A stretch of 64,000 nt of DNA, from positions 2,784,001 to 2,848,000 of the forward strand of contig CAVWVQ010000003.1 of the NCBI GenBank assembly GCA_963758525.1, given 5' to 3'. This document shows positions 21,480-31,170 of the stretch, in pieces. The notes under the pieces are model-generated. The model had not been told where the DNA came from, did not search any database, and was given only the letters and a program-made list of their open reading frames with translations. Made by a program: the position numbers and the translations under genes. The stretch comes from an uncultured Phycisphaerales bacterium (GTDB lineage: Bacteria; Planctomycetota; Phycisphaerae; Tepidisphaerales; Tepidisphaeraceae). Numbering within the stretch: position 1 is the stretch's first letter; every line of letters starts with the position of its first letter.

Positions 21480-22088
21480 TCAGATGGAATGCACCACCAG
21501 CGTCACTCCCGCCGACTTCATTTCGTCCAACGCGGCGTTCACGTCGCCCGGCTTCAACTCGACGCCCCTGCATCCGTCCGCGATCAGCCAAACCCGGAAC
21601 CCGGCCGAGACCGAGTCCAGTGCGGTAAACTTCACGCAATAGTCCGTCGCCAGGCCCATCACGTACACGTCCGACACGTTCCTCGCCTTGAGAAATTCGC
21701 CAAGTCCGGTCGACCTGCGGTGACCGTTGTCAAACAGGCCGCTGTAGCTGTCGATGCGCGAATCAGTTCCTTTGCGAAACACGCGATCGATACGGGCCAC
21801 ATTCAGATCGGCACTGAACGCCGCGCCGCGAGTGTCCTGAACGCAATGCACCGGCCAGAGCACTTGGGGAATGCCGTCGAGATCGATCACTTGTCCGATG
21901 TGCGTTCCGGGATGATTGGCCGCGAAGCTTGCGTGGTCGGGCGGATGCCAATCCTGCGTGGCGACCACCAGATCAAATCGATCCATCACTAAATTCGCAA
22001 TGGGGACGACCTCATCTCCGCCGGGAACCGCCAGAGCGCCGCCGGGGAGAAAATCATTCTGAAGATCGACAAGAATAAGTGCCTTCAT
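21480..22088 (-). CDS. pncA: Nicotinamidase/pyrazinamidase
   Basis: VDLQNDFLPGGALAV, TQDWHP, WPVHCVQ, KG....DSYS, GLATDYCVK. Confidence 0.95.
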   Translation of the reverse strand: MKALILVDLQNDFLPGGALAVPGGDEVVPIANLVMDRFDLVVATQDWHPPDHASFAANHPGTHIGQVIDLDGIPQVLWPVHCVQDTRGAAFSADLNVARIDRVFRKGTDSRIDSYSGLFDNGHRRSTGLGEFLKARNVSDVYVMGLATDYCVKFTALDSVSAGFRVWLIADGCRGVELKPGDVNAALDEMKSAGVTLVVHSI

Positions 22089-22132
22089 TCAAAGGTCTCA
22101 TATTTCGAAGCTGATCTTTTCTTGCTCGCTTT

Positions 22133-22188
22133 ATTGTGGTGCAGGCTTTCAGCCTTCTCAGATAGCAGGCTGAAGTTTGCACCACAAT
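22133..22188. repeat. REP doublet, family B (degenerate copy), between pncB and pncA
   Basis: ATTGTGGTGCAGGCTTTCAGCCT ... AGGCTGAAGTTTGCACCACAAT. Confidence 0.75.
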
Positions 22189-22196
22189 GAGATTCC

Positions 22197-23678
22197 TCAG
22201 TGTTCGTCACCCTGATGCCGGGCGGCGACCAGCATCTCATTTCGCAGACGATTGAGCGATGCCTCCAGTCCGGCGGGATATCCGTGCGGATTGAGCAAGC
22301 GCGTCACCGTCGGATGCAGCGCGTTGATCTGCTCCCTGGCCCGTTGCCGCACCGCGTGAATCGACGGAATGTCATAAACGCACTTTCCGTTCCGCATCAC
22401 TGGTACGAGAAGGTCCTCCCACTGCGCATCGGCGCCGATGGTTTTCCAACGCGTCTCGTCGTTCGGATCGACCAGTTTTGGCGCCGCGCCGATGCCCTGC
22501 GGTTCGTCGTAGATCATGTCGGCCACGAATTGGCCGCCGTTGCTGTACCGGCGCACCTGCAGAATCCCAGGGTAGGAAGCCTTGGCGCGCTGTTCCGACG
22601 CCTTGATCTTGTACTGCCAAGGCGCGTCGGCCGAATCGCGGATGGCCGAAAGCTTGTAGACCCCGCCCAGCGCCGGCTGATCGAACGCCGTCGCCAGACG
22701 TGTTCCCACGCCCCACACGGAAATCTTCGCCCCCTGCTGTTTGAGCGACTCGATCAGATACTCATCCAGATCGTTGCTGGCGACGATCGCGGCGTCGTGC
22801 AGACCGGCATCGTCGAGAATCTTGCGCGCCTCGATACTCAGATAAGCAAGGTCGCCGCTGTCGAGCCGGATACCCGCCATGCGATGCCCGGCGGCCGCAA
22901 GCCGGCGCCCAACCTCGGCGGCGTGACGCACGCCCTGGAGCGTGTCATACGTGTCCACCAGGAAAACGCAGTTGTTCGGCATGACCCTGGCGTAAGCCGC
23001 GAATGATTCCAGCTCGTGATCGAAGCTCATCACCCAGCTATGGGCGTGAGTGCCGCGCACGGGAATGCCAAACAGTTTCCCCGCCAGCACGTTGCTCGTC
23101 GCTGCGCAGCCGCCGACGTACGCCGCCCGGCAGGCGGTGAGACTTCCGTCGATTCCCTGCGATCGGCGCAGGCCAAACTCGATCACTGGATCATCGCCCG
23201 CCGCCCTGCAGATTCGCGCCGATTTGCTCGCGACCAGGGTCGCAAAGTTGATGAGATTCAGCAGCGGCGTTTCCAGAAGCTGACACTGAAGGATCGGCCC
23301 GCGCACGCGGATCAGCGGCTCGCCCGGGAACACAGCCGTTCCTTCCGGGATCGCGTCGATGTCGCAGCTCCAGCGAAGCTCGCGCAGCGCGTCGAGAAAC
23401 CCATCTTCAAACAATCCCCGCTCGTCGTTTCCCTTCAGACTGGCGAGATAATGAAGGTCATCCTCCGCGAAGCGAAACGCCTCGAGAAACTCCACGACCG
23501 ATTCCAGGCCGCAGGCGACCGTGTACCCGCCCTTGAACGGATTGCTGCGGAAGTACAGATGAAACACCGCCTCCTGCGCGGTTTTGCCGAGCTTCCAATA
23601 CCCATGCGCCATCGTAAGCTGATACAGATCGGTCAGCAGGGCCAGCGAATTTTTGCAGGTGCTGCCTAGGGCGTTCAT
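22197..23678 (-). CDS. pncB: Nicotinate phosphoribosyltransferase
   Basis: [60 protein letters not shown]. Confidence 0.95.
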   Translation of the reverse strand: MNALGSTCKNSLALLTDLYQLTMAHGYWKLGKTAQEAVFHLYFRSNPFKGGYTVACGLESVVEFLEAFRFAEDDLHYLASLKGNDERGLFEDGFLDALRELRWSCDIDAIPEGTAVFPGEPLIRVRGPILQCQLLETPLLNLINFATLVASKSARICRAAGDDPVIEFGLRRSQGIDGSLTACRAAYVGGCAATSNVLAGKLFGIPVRGTHAHSWVMSFDHELESFAAYARVMPNNCVFLVDTYDTLQGVRHAAEVGRRLAAAGHRMAGIRLDSGDLAYLSIEARKILDDAGLHDAAIVASNDLDEYLIESLKQQGAKISVWGVGTRLATAFDQPALGGVYKLSAIRDSADAPWQYKIKASEQRAKASYPGILQVRRYSNGGQFVADMIYDEPQGIGAAPKLVDPNDETRWKTIGADAQWEDLLVPVMRNGKCVYDIPSIHAVRQRAREQINALHPTVTRLLNPHGYPAGLEASLNRLRNEMLVAARHQGDEH

Positions 23679-23929
23679 GAAATACCCACGGCGCTGGCGG
23701 GTCTGGCTGCATCCGGCGGATGCTCGCCGGCAACGCGCAGGACCCTCCGCAAGTTAACCACGCCAACACGATTCAGTTGCAGTTTATCGACTGCGCTTTT
23801 TGGAATAATGTGCTCGACCGAGAATGGGTCGGGGGAGAAACGGGCTTGACTGACACAGTACTCGCAACAGGCGTGCGCGCGCTCGGTCAGCCATTGCCGT
23901 TGGGCTGTCGTGAGCTTTGGCTCAGGCAT
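23675..23929 (-). pseudogene. HNH endonuclease-like gene, apparently internally deleted in frame
   Basis: 84 aa: ERAHACCEYC...FSVEHIIPKS joins directly to the C-terminal LQLNR...NLRR...GEHPP. The NL...CxxCN half of the HNH core is missing. Confidence 0.7.
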
Positions 23930-24308
23930 CAGACCCGGGGCTAATTCCCAGTTGCTGCATCAGTGCATTCAGAGGAACCCGGCAAAGCCGGGCCAATTCG
24001 GCGACGTACCCCATGCGTCGAGCATTAGCTTGTTCGATCTCATTTGAAAGCTCGATCAGCGATCGATGCTCCTCGGGCGACAACGTCTCCGCGCGTCGCT
24101 TCTCCACGAGAGCGTGATATTGCTGCCAAGTCGCCGATGAAATACCAAGATTGATCTGCTGCAACAACTCGACTTCAGTGCCCGGGGGATCACCCAGCAC
24201 ACGCTTCAGTGCTTCGGCAATGTACGTGGCGGCATCGACGCCCTGTTTGGCTGCTTGATGCCGCAATCCGGCCTCGAGGACCGGATCTAATTCGATCGTT
24301 ACACTCAT
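23922..24308 (-). CDS. Antitoxin-like protein (RHH-like N-terminus) paired with the HNH gene
   Basis: MSVTIELDPVLEAGLRHQAAKQGVD...; ELLQQINLGIS...LVEKRRAETLSPEEH; overlaps the HNH start. Confidence 0.6.
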   Translation of the reverse strand: MSVTIELDPVLEAGLRHQAAKQGVDAATYIAEALKRVLGDPPGTEVELLQQINLGISSATWQQYHALVEKRRAETLSPEEHRSLIELSNEIEQANARRMGYVAELARLCRVPLNALMQQLGISPGSDA

Positions 24309-24416
24309 GCGTTGCCTGCATCATATCCTACACATCGCTGGCACACGCTTCCAGAGGGTTCATTCGTGGATTCGTGAAGCTGCGTCCCGTTTTCACTTCC
24401 CAAGGAAATCCGCCTG

Positions 24417-24653
24417 TTGCCTGCCTTGACCAGGCGGCAGGGTCCATGGGCATTACCCAATCCGTGTTGTCACGGCTCGAAGCGCAGCACGACATGTACG
24501 TCGGCACGCTTCAACGCATCGTCAAATCGCTGCGAGGCCGGCTGCAAATCATCGCCGACATGCCAAATGGCCAACGTGTCTCCGTCGGCCAGTCCCCCGA
24601 ACCGCATGCTTGCCAAACGGATTCAGGCTGCACCAAGCGGTGGCGAGCGATGA
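24417..24653 (+). pseudogene. XRE-family HTH (HigA-like antitoxin) remnant
   Basis: MGITQSVLSRLEAQHDMYVGTLQRIVKSLRGRLQIIADMP resembles the C-terminal half of XRE antitoxins. The N-terminus is missing. Confidence 0.6.
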
Positions 24654-25015
24654 ACGCGCCACCGTGTCCCTGCGACTTCAATACCCTACGGATCGCAATC
24701 CGTAGGCTTGTGCATCAAAGAGTGGGATGGGCTCAGTCGCGTTCCCATTGACGTTACCCCTCTGTTCCAGGAAAGCCAACGGATTGCCATCCGTTGGTCT
24801 CACCCGCTTCGAGAATATCGCTGAGGAGCATCAGCTCTGCCCGCCCCTGGTGTGGTACAAGGGGAGGCAGGCAATCAACCCCGGTTCTTTGGGCATGTCC
24901 CGAATTGGACAAGGACCGCGGCTCGGCCTTGTGTTCAGTTCCCGCACTCTTGATAATTTCTGCTCGCGGCGGCGGCTGCGTTTTGACTTTGTCACTTCCG
25001 GAGGAGGAAACGATC

Positions 25016-26968
25016 GTGCCATTCACATCGCGTCACGACGCGGCGGAAGACGAACTGACGCTCCTCCGCACGCTCGCCGGGCAGTTTCCCAACGTCGACT
25101 GGGCGATGGCCGAGATCGCGCGACTCTCGGCGGTTCTCACGCTCCCCAAGGGAACGATTCACGTCATCAGTGACATTCACGGCGAAGACAAAAAACTCCG
25201 CCATGTCATTAACAACGCCTCGGGCACGTTGCGCCCGTTGGTGGAACGGCTCTTTGCCGATCGGATGAGCCCGAAGGAATTTCAGGAGTTTCTCACGCTC
25301 ACGTTTTACCCGGCGGAGATTGCCGAAAGGATGGAGCAGACGGCGATGGACCCGCGCGAGCTGCGGGAATTTGCGATTCGCACCATGCGGCATCAGTTCG
25401 AGCTGGTGCGGGTTCTCTCGACGCGATACAGCCTGCGCCGCGCGATGGCGGTGTTTCCCGCCGAGTATCAGGAGCTGCTCGCCGAGATGCTGCACGAGCC
25501 GACCACGGAACGCGACAAGGAATTCATCGAGGCGGTCGTCGACGAGCTGCAGCAACGCGGGCGAGTCCTCCACCTCATTCACATCGCCGGGCGATTGGTC
25601 CGGAATCTGGCGATTTACGAACTCATCATCGGCGGCGACTGCTGGGACCGCGGCCCGCGCGGCGATCGCGTCGTCGATTACCTTCGCCAGCAGCCCAACG
25701 TCTCGTTCATCTGGGGCAATCACGACATGGCCTGGCTTGGCGCGGCGCTCGGCCACGAGGCGCTGATCTGCTGCGTCCTGCGCGTCTCGCTGCGCTATCG
25801 CCGGATCGGGCAGCTTGATGAGGGATACAGCATCCCGCTCACGCCGCTGGAGTATCTCGCCAACACCGTATACGCAGACGATCCCGCCATTCACTTCAAG
25901 CCTAAGTCATCCGGCATGCGGCCCGACGTTCTGGTCGCCCGCATGCAAAAGGCCGCGGCGATCATGCAGGCGAAGTTCGAGGGGCAGATGATCGGCCGCA
26001 ATCCCCATTGGGAGATGGACCACCGCCGTCTCCTGCACCGCATCAATCACCTTGCCGGCACGATCGAGGTGGACGGCGCTGCGTATGCGTTGCGCGACAC
26101 GCATCTGCCGACGGTCGATCCCAAAAACCCATACGAGTTGTCCTCCGAGGAGAAAACGTGCATTCGCCGGCTGCGCGACTCCTTCACCGCCAGCCAGAAG
26201 CTCGGCGAGCACATGCAGTTCATGGTCAACCGCGGCTCGATGTTCCTCCGCCGCGACCAGAATCTCATCTTTCACGGCTGCGTCCCCTGCGACGAAAAAG
26301 GGGAGTTTCTTCCGATGCATATCGACGGCCAGCCACTCGCCGGTCGCGCGATGTTCGACACGATCGAGAAAGTGGTGCTCCGCGCGATCGAGCGCCGGGC
26401 CGAGGGCGACCTCGATCTGCTCTGGTATCTCTGGAGCGGCCCGCGGTCGCCGCTGTTCGGCAAAGACCGCATCGCCACCCTCGAGCGCGATTTCATCGCC
26501 GACAAGAAGCCGCATCACGAAACGAAGGACCCATACTTCACGCTGATTCACGAGCGCTGGTTCTGCGAGAAGGTGCTGACGGAATTTGGCGTTGATCCGC
26601 AGGAAGGCCTCATCGTCAATGGCCACGTCCCGGTGAAGATCGAAGCCGGGGAGAGCCCGCTGAAGCGCAGCGGCAAGGCCATCACCATCGACGGCGCGTT
26701 TTCCGAAGCCTACGGAGACATCGGCTACACGCTCGTTCTGGAAGCCGACCGCACGCTGCTCGCCACGCATCATCACTTCGAATCCGTCGAAGCCGCTCTT
26801 CGCGACGGGGTCGACATCGTGCCCAGCGTTTCCATCATCCGCATGTGGCCCAGCCCGCGCCGCATGGCCGACACCGAGCGCGGCAAGGAATTCCGCAGCC
26901 GGATCGCGATGCTCCAACGGCTCATCGAAGCCTACAGGAACAACGATATCCGCCAGCAGAAAGCCTGA
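25016..26968 (+). CDS. fbp: Fructose-1,6-bisphosphatase class 3 (Firmicute-type metallophosphoesterase)
   Basis: GTG at 25016 after GGAGGAGG. Motifs LTLPKGTIHVISDIHGE, GDCWDRGP, WGNHD, FHGCVP, SPLFGKD, NGHVPVK..GESP, IDGAFSEAY. Confidence 0.9.
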   Translation: MPFTSRHDAAEDELTLLRTLAGQFPNVDWAMAEIARLSAVLTLPKGTIHVISDIHGEDKKLRHVINNASGTLRPLVERLFADRMSPKEFQEFLTLTFYPAEIAERMEQTAMDPRELREFAIRTMRHQFELVRVLSTRYSLRRAMAVFPAEYQELLAEMLHEPTTERDKEFIEAVVDELQQRGRVLHLIHIAGRLVRNLAIYELIIGGDCWDRGPRGDRVVDYLRQQPNVSFIWGNHDMAWLGAALGHEALICCVLRVSLRYRRIGQLDEGYSIPLTPLEYLANTVYADDPAIHFKPKSSGMRPDVLVARMQKAAAIMQAKFEGQMIGRNPHWEMDHRRLLHRINHLAGTIEVDGAAYALRDTHLPTVDPKNPYELSSEEKTCIRRLRDSFTASQKLGEHMQFMVNRGSMFLRRDQNLIFHGCVPCDEKGEFLPMHIDGQPLAGRAMFDTIEKVVLRAIERRAEGDLDLLWYLWSGPRSPLFGKDRIATLERDFIADKKPHHETKDPYFTLIHERWFCEKVLTEFGVDPQEGLIVNGHVPVKIEAGESPLKRSGKAITIDGAFSEAYGDIGYTLVLEADRTLLATHHHFESVEAALRDGVDIVPSVSIIRMWPSPRRMADTERGKEFRSRIAMLQRLIEAYRNNDIRQQKA

Positions 26969-27071
26969 AGCTGGCTGCTCGCGCGGCTTGCTTCCCCTGG
27001 AAAAACGCGCAGGTTCGTCGGCTGAACGGGAATTGTTGCGAGGCTGTTTGGACGTTCGATTATTGCCGCAG

Positions 27072-27947
27072 ATGAAATTAGTGGCGGCGATGTTGATCAG
27101 TGCGCTCGGACTAGTCGCAGTCATCGCCGGAGTGCTGGGCGCGAAGATGGCCCGCGTGCATCCGCCGCAGGCGGTTTTGCAGAATGCTGCCGCGGATGAC
27201 GGCACCGGGCAGGCGACGCATCCGGCAACCTCGCCGATCACGATGCAAGCGACCACGATAGCGCATCGCGAAGAATCGAAAGCTGCCGCCAAGCGGCGCG
27301 CTCGTCCTCTCCGCCAGCGCCGCCCGCATCCATGCCACAACCCATTGAGATCTTCGCGCGCTGCGCAAATTTTCCCGGGCAGGCGATCAGCCAAAAGATC
27401 AAGAGCCGCGAAGACGCGAAGCCGCGAAGACAAACGCGAAGGAAGACAATTCAATTGCACCTGAAACCCCAAGGCGCAATTCCTTGGGCTTCGATCCCGC
27501 ATTTTTGATTTTCTTACCTTCGCGTCTCTCTTCGCGTCTTCGCGTCTTCGCGGCTCTTCGTTTTGGTTGCGGCCGAGCGAAGCGAGGCAGCGCTGGGGCT
27601 ATCAGCTTCATCTCGACGGGCGCGGCGATGGGCAGATCGTTTATTGGGTCGATCTGCACGAGTACATCGAATGGCCCGCGGGATGCCCGCGGAGCGGCAA
27701 GTTTACGATCGAACTGACATACTCTTGCGCGAAGGAGGCGGGCGGTCTGTTTCAGATCAACGCCGGCCCGTTTGTGCTGCACGGCCATGCGAGGCCGACG
27801 GGGGACTGGAAGACATACCGAACGATCAGTGTCGGCACGATCACGCTCGATCAGGATCGCACCACGATCCTGCTGCAGTGCGAAGGAGCCTTGCACGGCG
27901 CGCTGATGAACGTGAAGCAGCTTCGGCTGATTCCCGAGCCGCGGTAA
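27072..27947 (+). pseudogene. Membrane-anchored protein with CBM6/CBM35-like C-terminal domain, interrupted by a repeat insertion
   Basis: N-terminal TM (MKLVAAMLISALGLVAVIAG); ...GALVLSASAARIH | ~263-bp insert | GYQLHL...YIEW...GKFTIELTYSC...TGDWKTY..ISVGTITL...LMNVKQLRL. Confidence 0.6.
27403..27558. repeat. Inverted repeat element built of CGCGAAG/CTTCGCG units
   Basis: GAGCCGCGAAGACGCGAAGCCGCGAAG... versus ...CTTCGCGTCTTCGCGTCTTCGCGGCTC. Confidence 0.8.
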
Positions 27948-27970
27948 AACGCGCTGGCACGCGCCTCACC

Positions 27971-28888
27971 TCAACCTGATTCCGAAATCACCGCCGACAT
28001 CACGTGCTCTTCCCCCGGCGCGAGCGCGACTGCATGCTCGGCCGCATTGGCGGTTTCGATGCAGAGCATGGAGGGCCATTCCTCGTCGCCGAAATCGGCC
28101 ATCGCTTTGGCTTTGGCAATCCAGGGATTCCAGACGACTGTCGCGGCCGAGCCGGTCTTGGCGACGGTGATCTGACGGCCGGTGGATTCTTCGACGATCA
28201 CTGTGTCTGGAGTTCCCAGATAGACGCGGTCGGTCTCGCCCGCGATGGCAATCGGCTCGGGCCCCTGTCGCATGCGTTTGCCGGCCAGCATTTTGTCCAG
28301 ATAGTCGCGGCCGGAGAGACCCTCGATCTTGAGAAGCCGAACGTCGCTCACGGCCAGATACGTGTGGAACGCTTCTTCATACGTGAACGGCGAATCGCCG
28401 GTGTTGCGGACGGCAAGCCGCATCTCCAGTTGCGGACCGATATGGGCCACGAAGCGCAGCTCGAATTCATGCGGCCAGAGCTTTCGCGTGGCAGCTGAGG
28501 CGGCGAGTGTCAGCGCGACGCTCACGCCGCCGCGTTCCTGGCGGATGGATCGAAGCTCCCACTCGCTGGTTCGGGCAAACCCGTGCGCGGGTAGCTTCGA
28601 GTCTCCTGGATGCGGGCCGAACCAGGGGAAGATCAATGGCACTCCGCCGCGGATCGGCTTGTCCGGCGCGAACAGACTTGCCCTGCTCCGGAAAAGAAGT
28701 GGTTTGCCTTTGGGCGGTCTGACCTGTGTAACGTGCGCGCCGTGCAGATAGATCTCGCCATAGGCGCCGGCGACATCGACCACAACCCGGCGCAATCCTC
28801 CTTCGCCCGGCTCGATGCGGGCGACGCCTGGGATCTGGAACTGGTCGTATTCCGAAACGCTTTGGGAGGAGTTGGTCGGATCAGTCAT
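27971..28888 (-). CDS. D-hexose-6-phosphate mutarotase (aldose 1-epimerase family, YeaD-like)
   Basis: LHGAHV, IRGGVPLIFPWFG, HGFAR, FHTY, ETDRVY, VVWNPW, MLCIE. Likely ATG at 28888. Confidence 0.9.
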   Translation of the reverse strand: MTDPTNSSQSVSEYDQFQIPGVARIEPGEGGLRRVVVDVAGAYGEIYLHGAHVTQVRPPKGKPLLFRSRASLFAPDKPIRGGVPLIFPWFGPHPGDSKLPAHGFARTSEWELRSIRQERGGVSVALTLAASAATRKLWPHEFELRFVAHIGPQLEMRLAVRNTGDSPFTYEEAFHTYLAVSDVRLLKIEGLSGRDYLDKMLAGKRMRQGPEPIAIAGETDRVYLGTPDTVIVEESTGRQITVAKTGSAATVVWNPWIAKAKAMADFGDEEWPSMLCIETANAAEHAVALAPGEEHVMSAVISESG

Positions 28889-29729
28889 GTGTTTCGAGAA
28901 GGCGCTTCGTTGCCACGGCGGCGCGAGCTTTGCGTCGTCCGGGGAAGAGCGCCTCTCGGAGAAACAGCATAACATAGGTCGAGTTCATGACCAGATAGCG
29001 TTTCCAGAGTCGGCCCGGCTCCTGCGTCAGGCGGAACAGCCATTCGAGCCCGCGCTTCTGCATCCACGCGGGAGCGATCTTTTTGGTGCCGGCGTGAAAA
29101 TCGAACGCCGCGCCGACGCAGAGTTGAACGGCTTGGATCGAGTCGCGATGTTCGAACGCGAACACTTCCTGCCGAGGAGAACCGGTGCCCAGGAACAACA
29201 GCCCTGCCCCGCTGCCATTGATACGTTCGACGGCAGCGCGATCTTCTTCGGGCGTCAAGGGACGAAAGGGCGGCGATTCTGCGCCGGCGATGTGCAGATC
29301 GGGAAATTCGGTTAACAGACGTTCCTGAAGCTTTTCCAGGACGTCGGGAGTGCTGCCGAACAGGTAGATGCCGACGCCAGCCTCGGCCGCGGCGCGGCAA
29401 AGCCGCCAGGTGAGCTCGGGGCCGTAGACGCGGTCGGTCAGCCCGGTCTTATAGAAGTAATTGAGTGCCCACCGAACGGGCTGGCCATCGGGAGCGACGA
29501 TGTCAAACTGATTGAGACGGGCCAGATGCTTCGGATCCTGCACGGCTGGGATCAGCCCGTGGACCGGCATGAAGTCGATAAGGGCCGCCTGCCTGTTCTG
29601 CGCGGCAGCGATCACCTTTTCAACGACCTCGTCGTAGCAAGTGGCACTCACCTGCACTCCAAAAATGTCGTGCTTTGCGGGCCAGACGATGAGGGCGGGG
29701 ATATCCATGAGGTTGCAGGTTGTGGTCAC
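28881..29729 (-). CDS. WecB/TagA/CpsF family glycosyltransferase (GT26)
   Basis: PDGQPV, RVYGPEL, SPPFRPL, GSPRQE, VGAAFDF, APAWMQKRGLEWLFRL.QEP.RLWKRY. Confidence 0.95.
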   Translation of the reverse strand: MTTTCNLMDIPALIVWPAKHDIFGVQVSATCYDEVVEKVIAAAQNRQAALIDFMPVHGLIPAVQDPKHLARLNQFDIVAPDGQPVRWALNYFYKTGLTDRVYGPELTWRLCRAAAEAGVGIYLFGSTPDVLEKLQERLLTEFPDLHIAGAESPPFRPLTPEEDRAAVERINGSGAGLLFLGTGSPRQEVFAFEHRDSIQAVQLCVGAAFDFHAGTKKIAPAWMQKRGLEWLFRLTQEPGRLWKRYLVMNSTYVMLFLREALFPGRRKARAAVATKRLLETHD

Positions 29730-29777
29730 CGTGATATATCGGCCCGGAACCGGCAGCAGGCAAGTCCCTGGAGCGGA

Positions 29778-29808
29778 AAAGCCCAGGGAGCAATGCTCCC
29801 TGGGCTTT
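29778..29808. terminator. Perfect GC-rich hairpin, probable intrinsic terminator or REP-like palindrome
   Basis: AAAGCCCAGGGAGCA-A-TGCTCCCTGGGCTTT between the sugar transferase and WecB genes. Confidence 0.5.
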
Positions 29809-29832
29809 CTTCTAAAGGTTGCCGAATTTGAG

Positions 29833-31170
29833 TTATCGGGCGCCGCGTCGCAGGAGCACTGCCGGTACGGTCATCACCAAGAGCGAGAGATCGTGCAGAA
29901 TCGTGCGGCGGCGGATGTATTCGACGTCCATCCGGATCCACTCGGCGAAGCTCACCGTCGAGCGGCCTTTGACCTGCCAGATGCAGGTGAGGCCCGGGGT
30001 TACGTCGAGCCGGCGCCGCTGCCATTGAAGGCAACGTTCGGCTTCCTCAATCGGCAGCGGCCGGGGACCGACCAGGGACATCTCGCCCTTGATCACGTTC
30101 CACAACTGCGGAAGCTCATCGAGGCTGGTCTTGCGAAGCAGCCGACCCAGAGGGGTAATTCGGGGATCGTTCTTCAGTTTGAAGGCCGGACCGTCCTGTT
30201 CACTGAGTTGGCGAAGTGCCTTGAGCTTTGCCTCGGCGCCGACGACCATCGTGCGAAACTTGTGAATCTTGAACGGCTTTCCGCCCAGACCAGCCCGGTC
30301 CTGGCTGAAGAAGACCGGATCACGCGGGCTGCTCAGTTTCATAATCACCGCGATCAGTGCCATGACCGGGAGGAAACAGGCAAATATCACCAAGCCGCAG
30401 GCAAGATCGAGAACGCGTTTCCACTTGGGCATCGGGTGCACAAGGAACTCGTGGATCGACTCAGCCGGCAAGCCCTCGGATGCGTGCTCATCGGCTAAAC
30501 CGCGCGCCAGCGCCGGCATCAGGTCGGATCGCTTGAGATCCGCGATGGCGATGCTGGTGGCAGCGCCGCCATCGCCGACCGTGCGAAACACCGCGCCAGC
30601 ACGATGCGACGTCCCATTGACGCGGTCATGCCCCACGTGCAGTCGGCCGTTGCCGCCGCCGGTGTGATGATCGTTGTCGTCGAACCGGTCCACCCGCGAA
30701 TGATTCGCGGTGGCGGAGAAAGCCGAATCCTCCGCCGTCAGCAGGTTGCCCGGATAGCTGTAGACGACAGCAAGCGGGCGCGTTCCCTTGCGTTCAACGA
30801 GGTCACAGACACTGTTCATGAAAATCTGGGCGCCCTGCACCGAGGTGTCGGGCAGCAGGCCGCAGATGTAATGATTGCTGAACCAGCCGACCTCGTCGGT
30901 CAGCCGAGCCCGCGAGAGAATGGTACGAGCCAGACGGTGCGTCGAGACCGACGTTCGCTTCTGGTTCTTCACGCGGAACAGGACCAGCGAGAATTCCCGG
31001 CCGTTGCGGTCCGCACGGGCACACTCCCGGCGAATCAACAGGTCCAGAACTTCCCGCGGCACCAGTTCTTCAGTACTACGGTTCACACTCGAACGGAGAA
31101 TCCGTTCGTTTGTTGGCGATGACGGTTGCATTGCATTAACCTTCCCTCTATCAGCGTTATGAGCTACCAC
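29833..31170 (-). CDS. Priming sugar transferase (Bac_transf family) with N-terminal degenerate GGDEF-like domain
   Basis: C-terminal KRVLDL, FKIHKFRTM, DPRITPLGRLLRKTSLDELPQLWNVIKGEMSLVGPRP, PGLTCIWQV. N-terminal RECARADRNGREFSLVLF...RLTDEVGW...LLPDTSVQGA. Alternative start at 31131. Confidence 0.9.
   Translation of the reverse strand: MVAHNADRGKVNAMQPSSPTNERILRSSVNRSTEELVPREVLDLLIRRECARADRNGREFSLVLFRVKNQKRTSVSTHRLARTILSRARLTDEVGWFSNHYICGLLPDTSVQGAQIFMNSVCDLVERKGTRPLAVVYSYPGNLLTAEDSAFSATANHSRVDRFDDNDHHTGGGNGRLHVGHDRVNGTSHRAGAVFRTVGDGGAATSIAIADLKRSDLMPALARGLADEHASEGLPAESIHEFLVHPMPKWKRVLDLACGLVIFACFLPVMALIAVIMKLSSPRDPVFFSQDRAGLGGKPFKIHKFRTMVVGAEAKLKALRQLSEQDGPAFKLKNDPRITPLGRLLRKTSLDELPQLWNVIKGEMSLVGPRPLPIEEAERCLQWQRRRLDVTPGLTCIWQVKGRSTVSFAEWIRMDVEYIRRRTILHDLSLLVMTVPAVLLRRGAR

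Noticed and set aside
27462..27464. Single in-frame TGA between two same-frame ORFs as selenocysteine or readthrough
   Set aside because: The TGA lies inside the inserted repeat element, and the plausible native reading joins the flanks without it.
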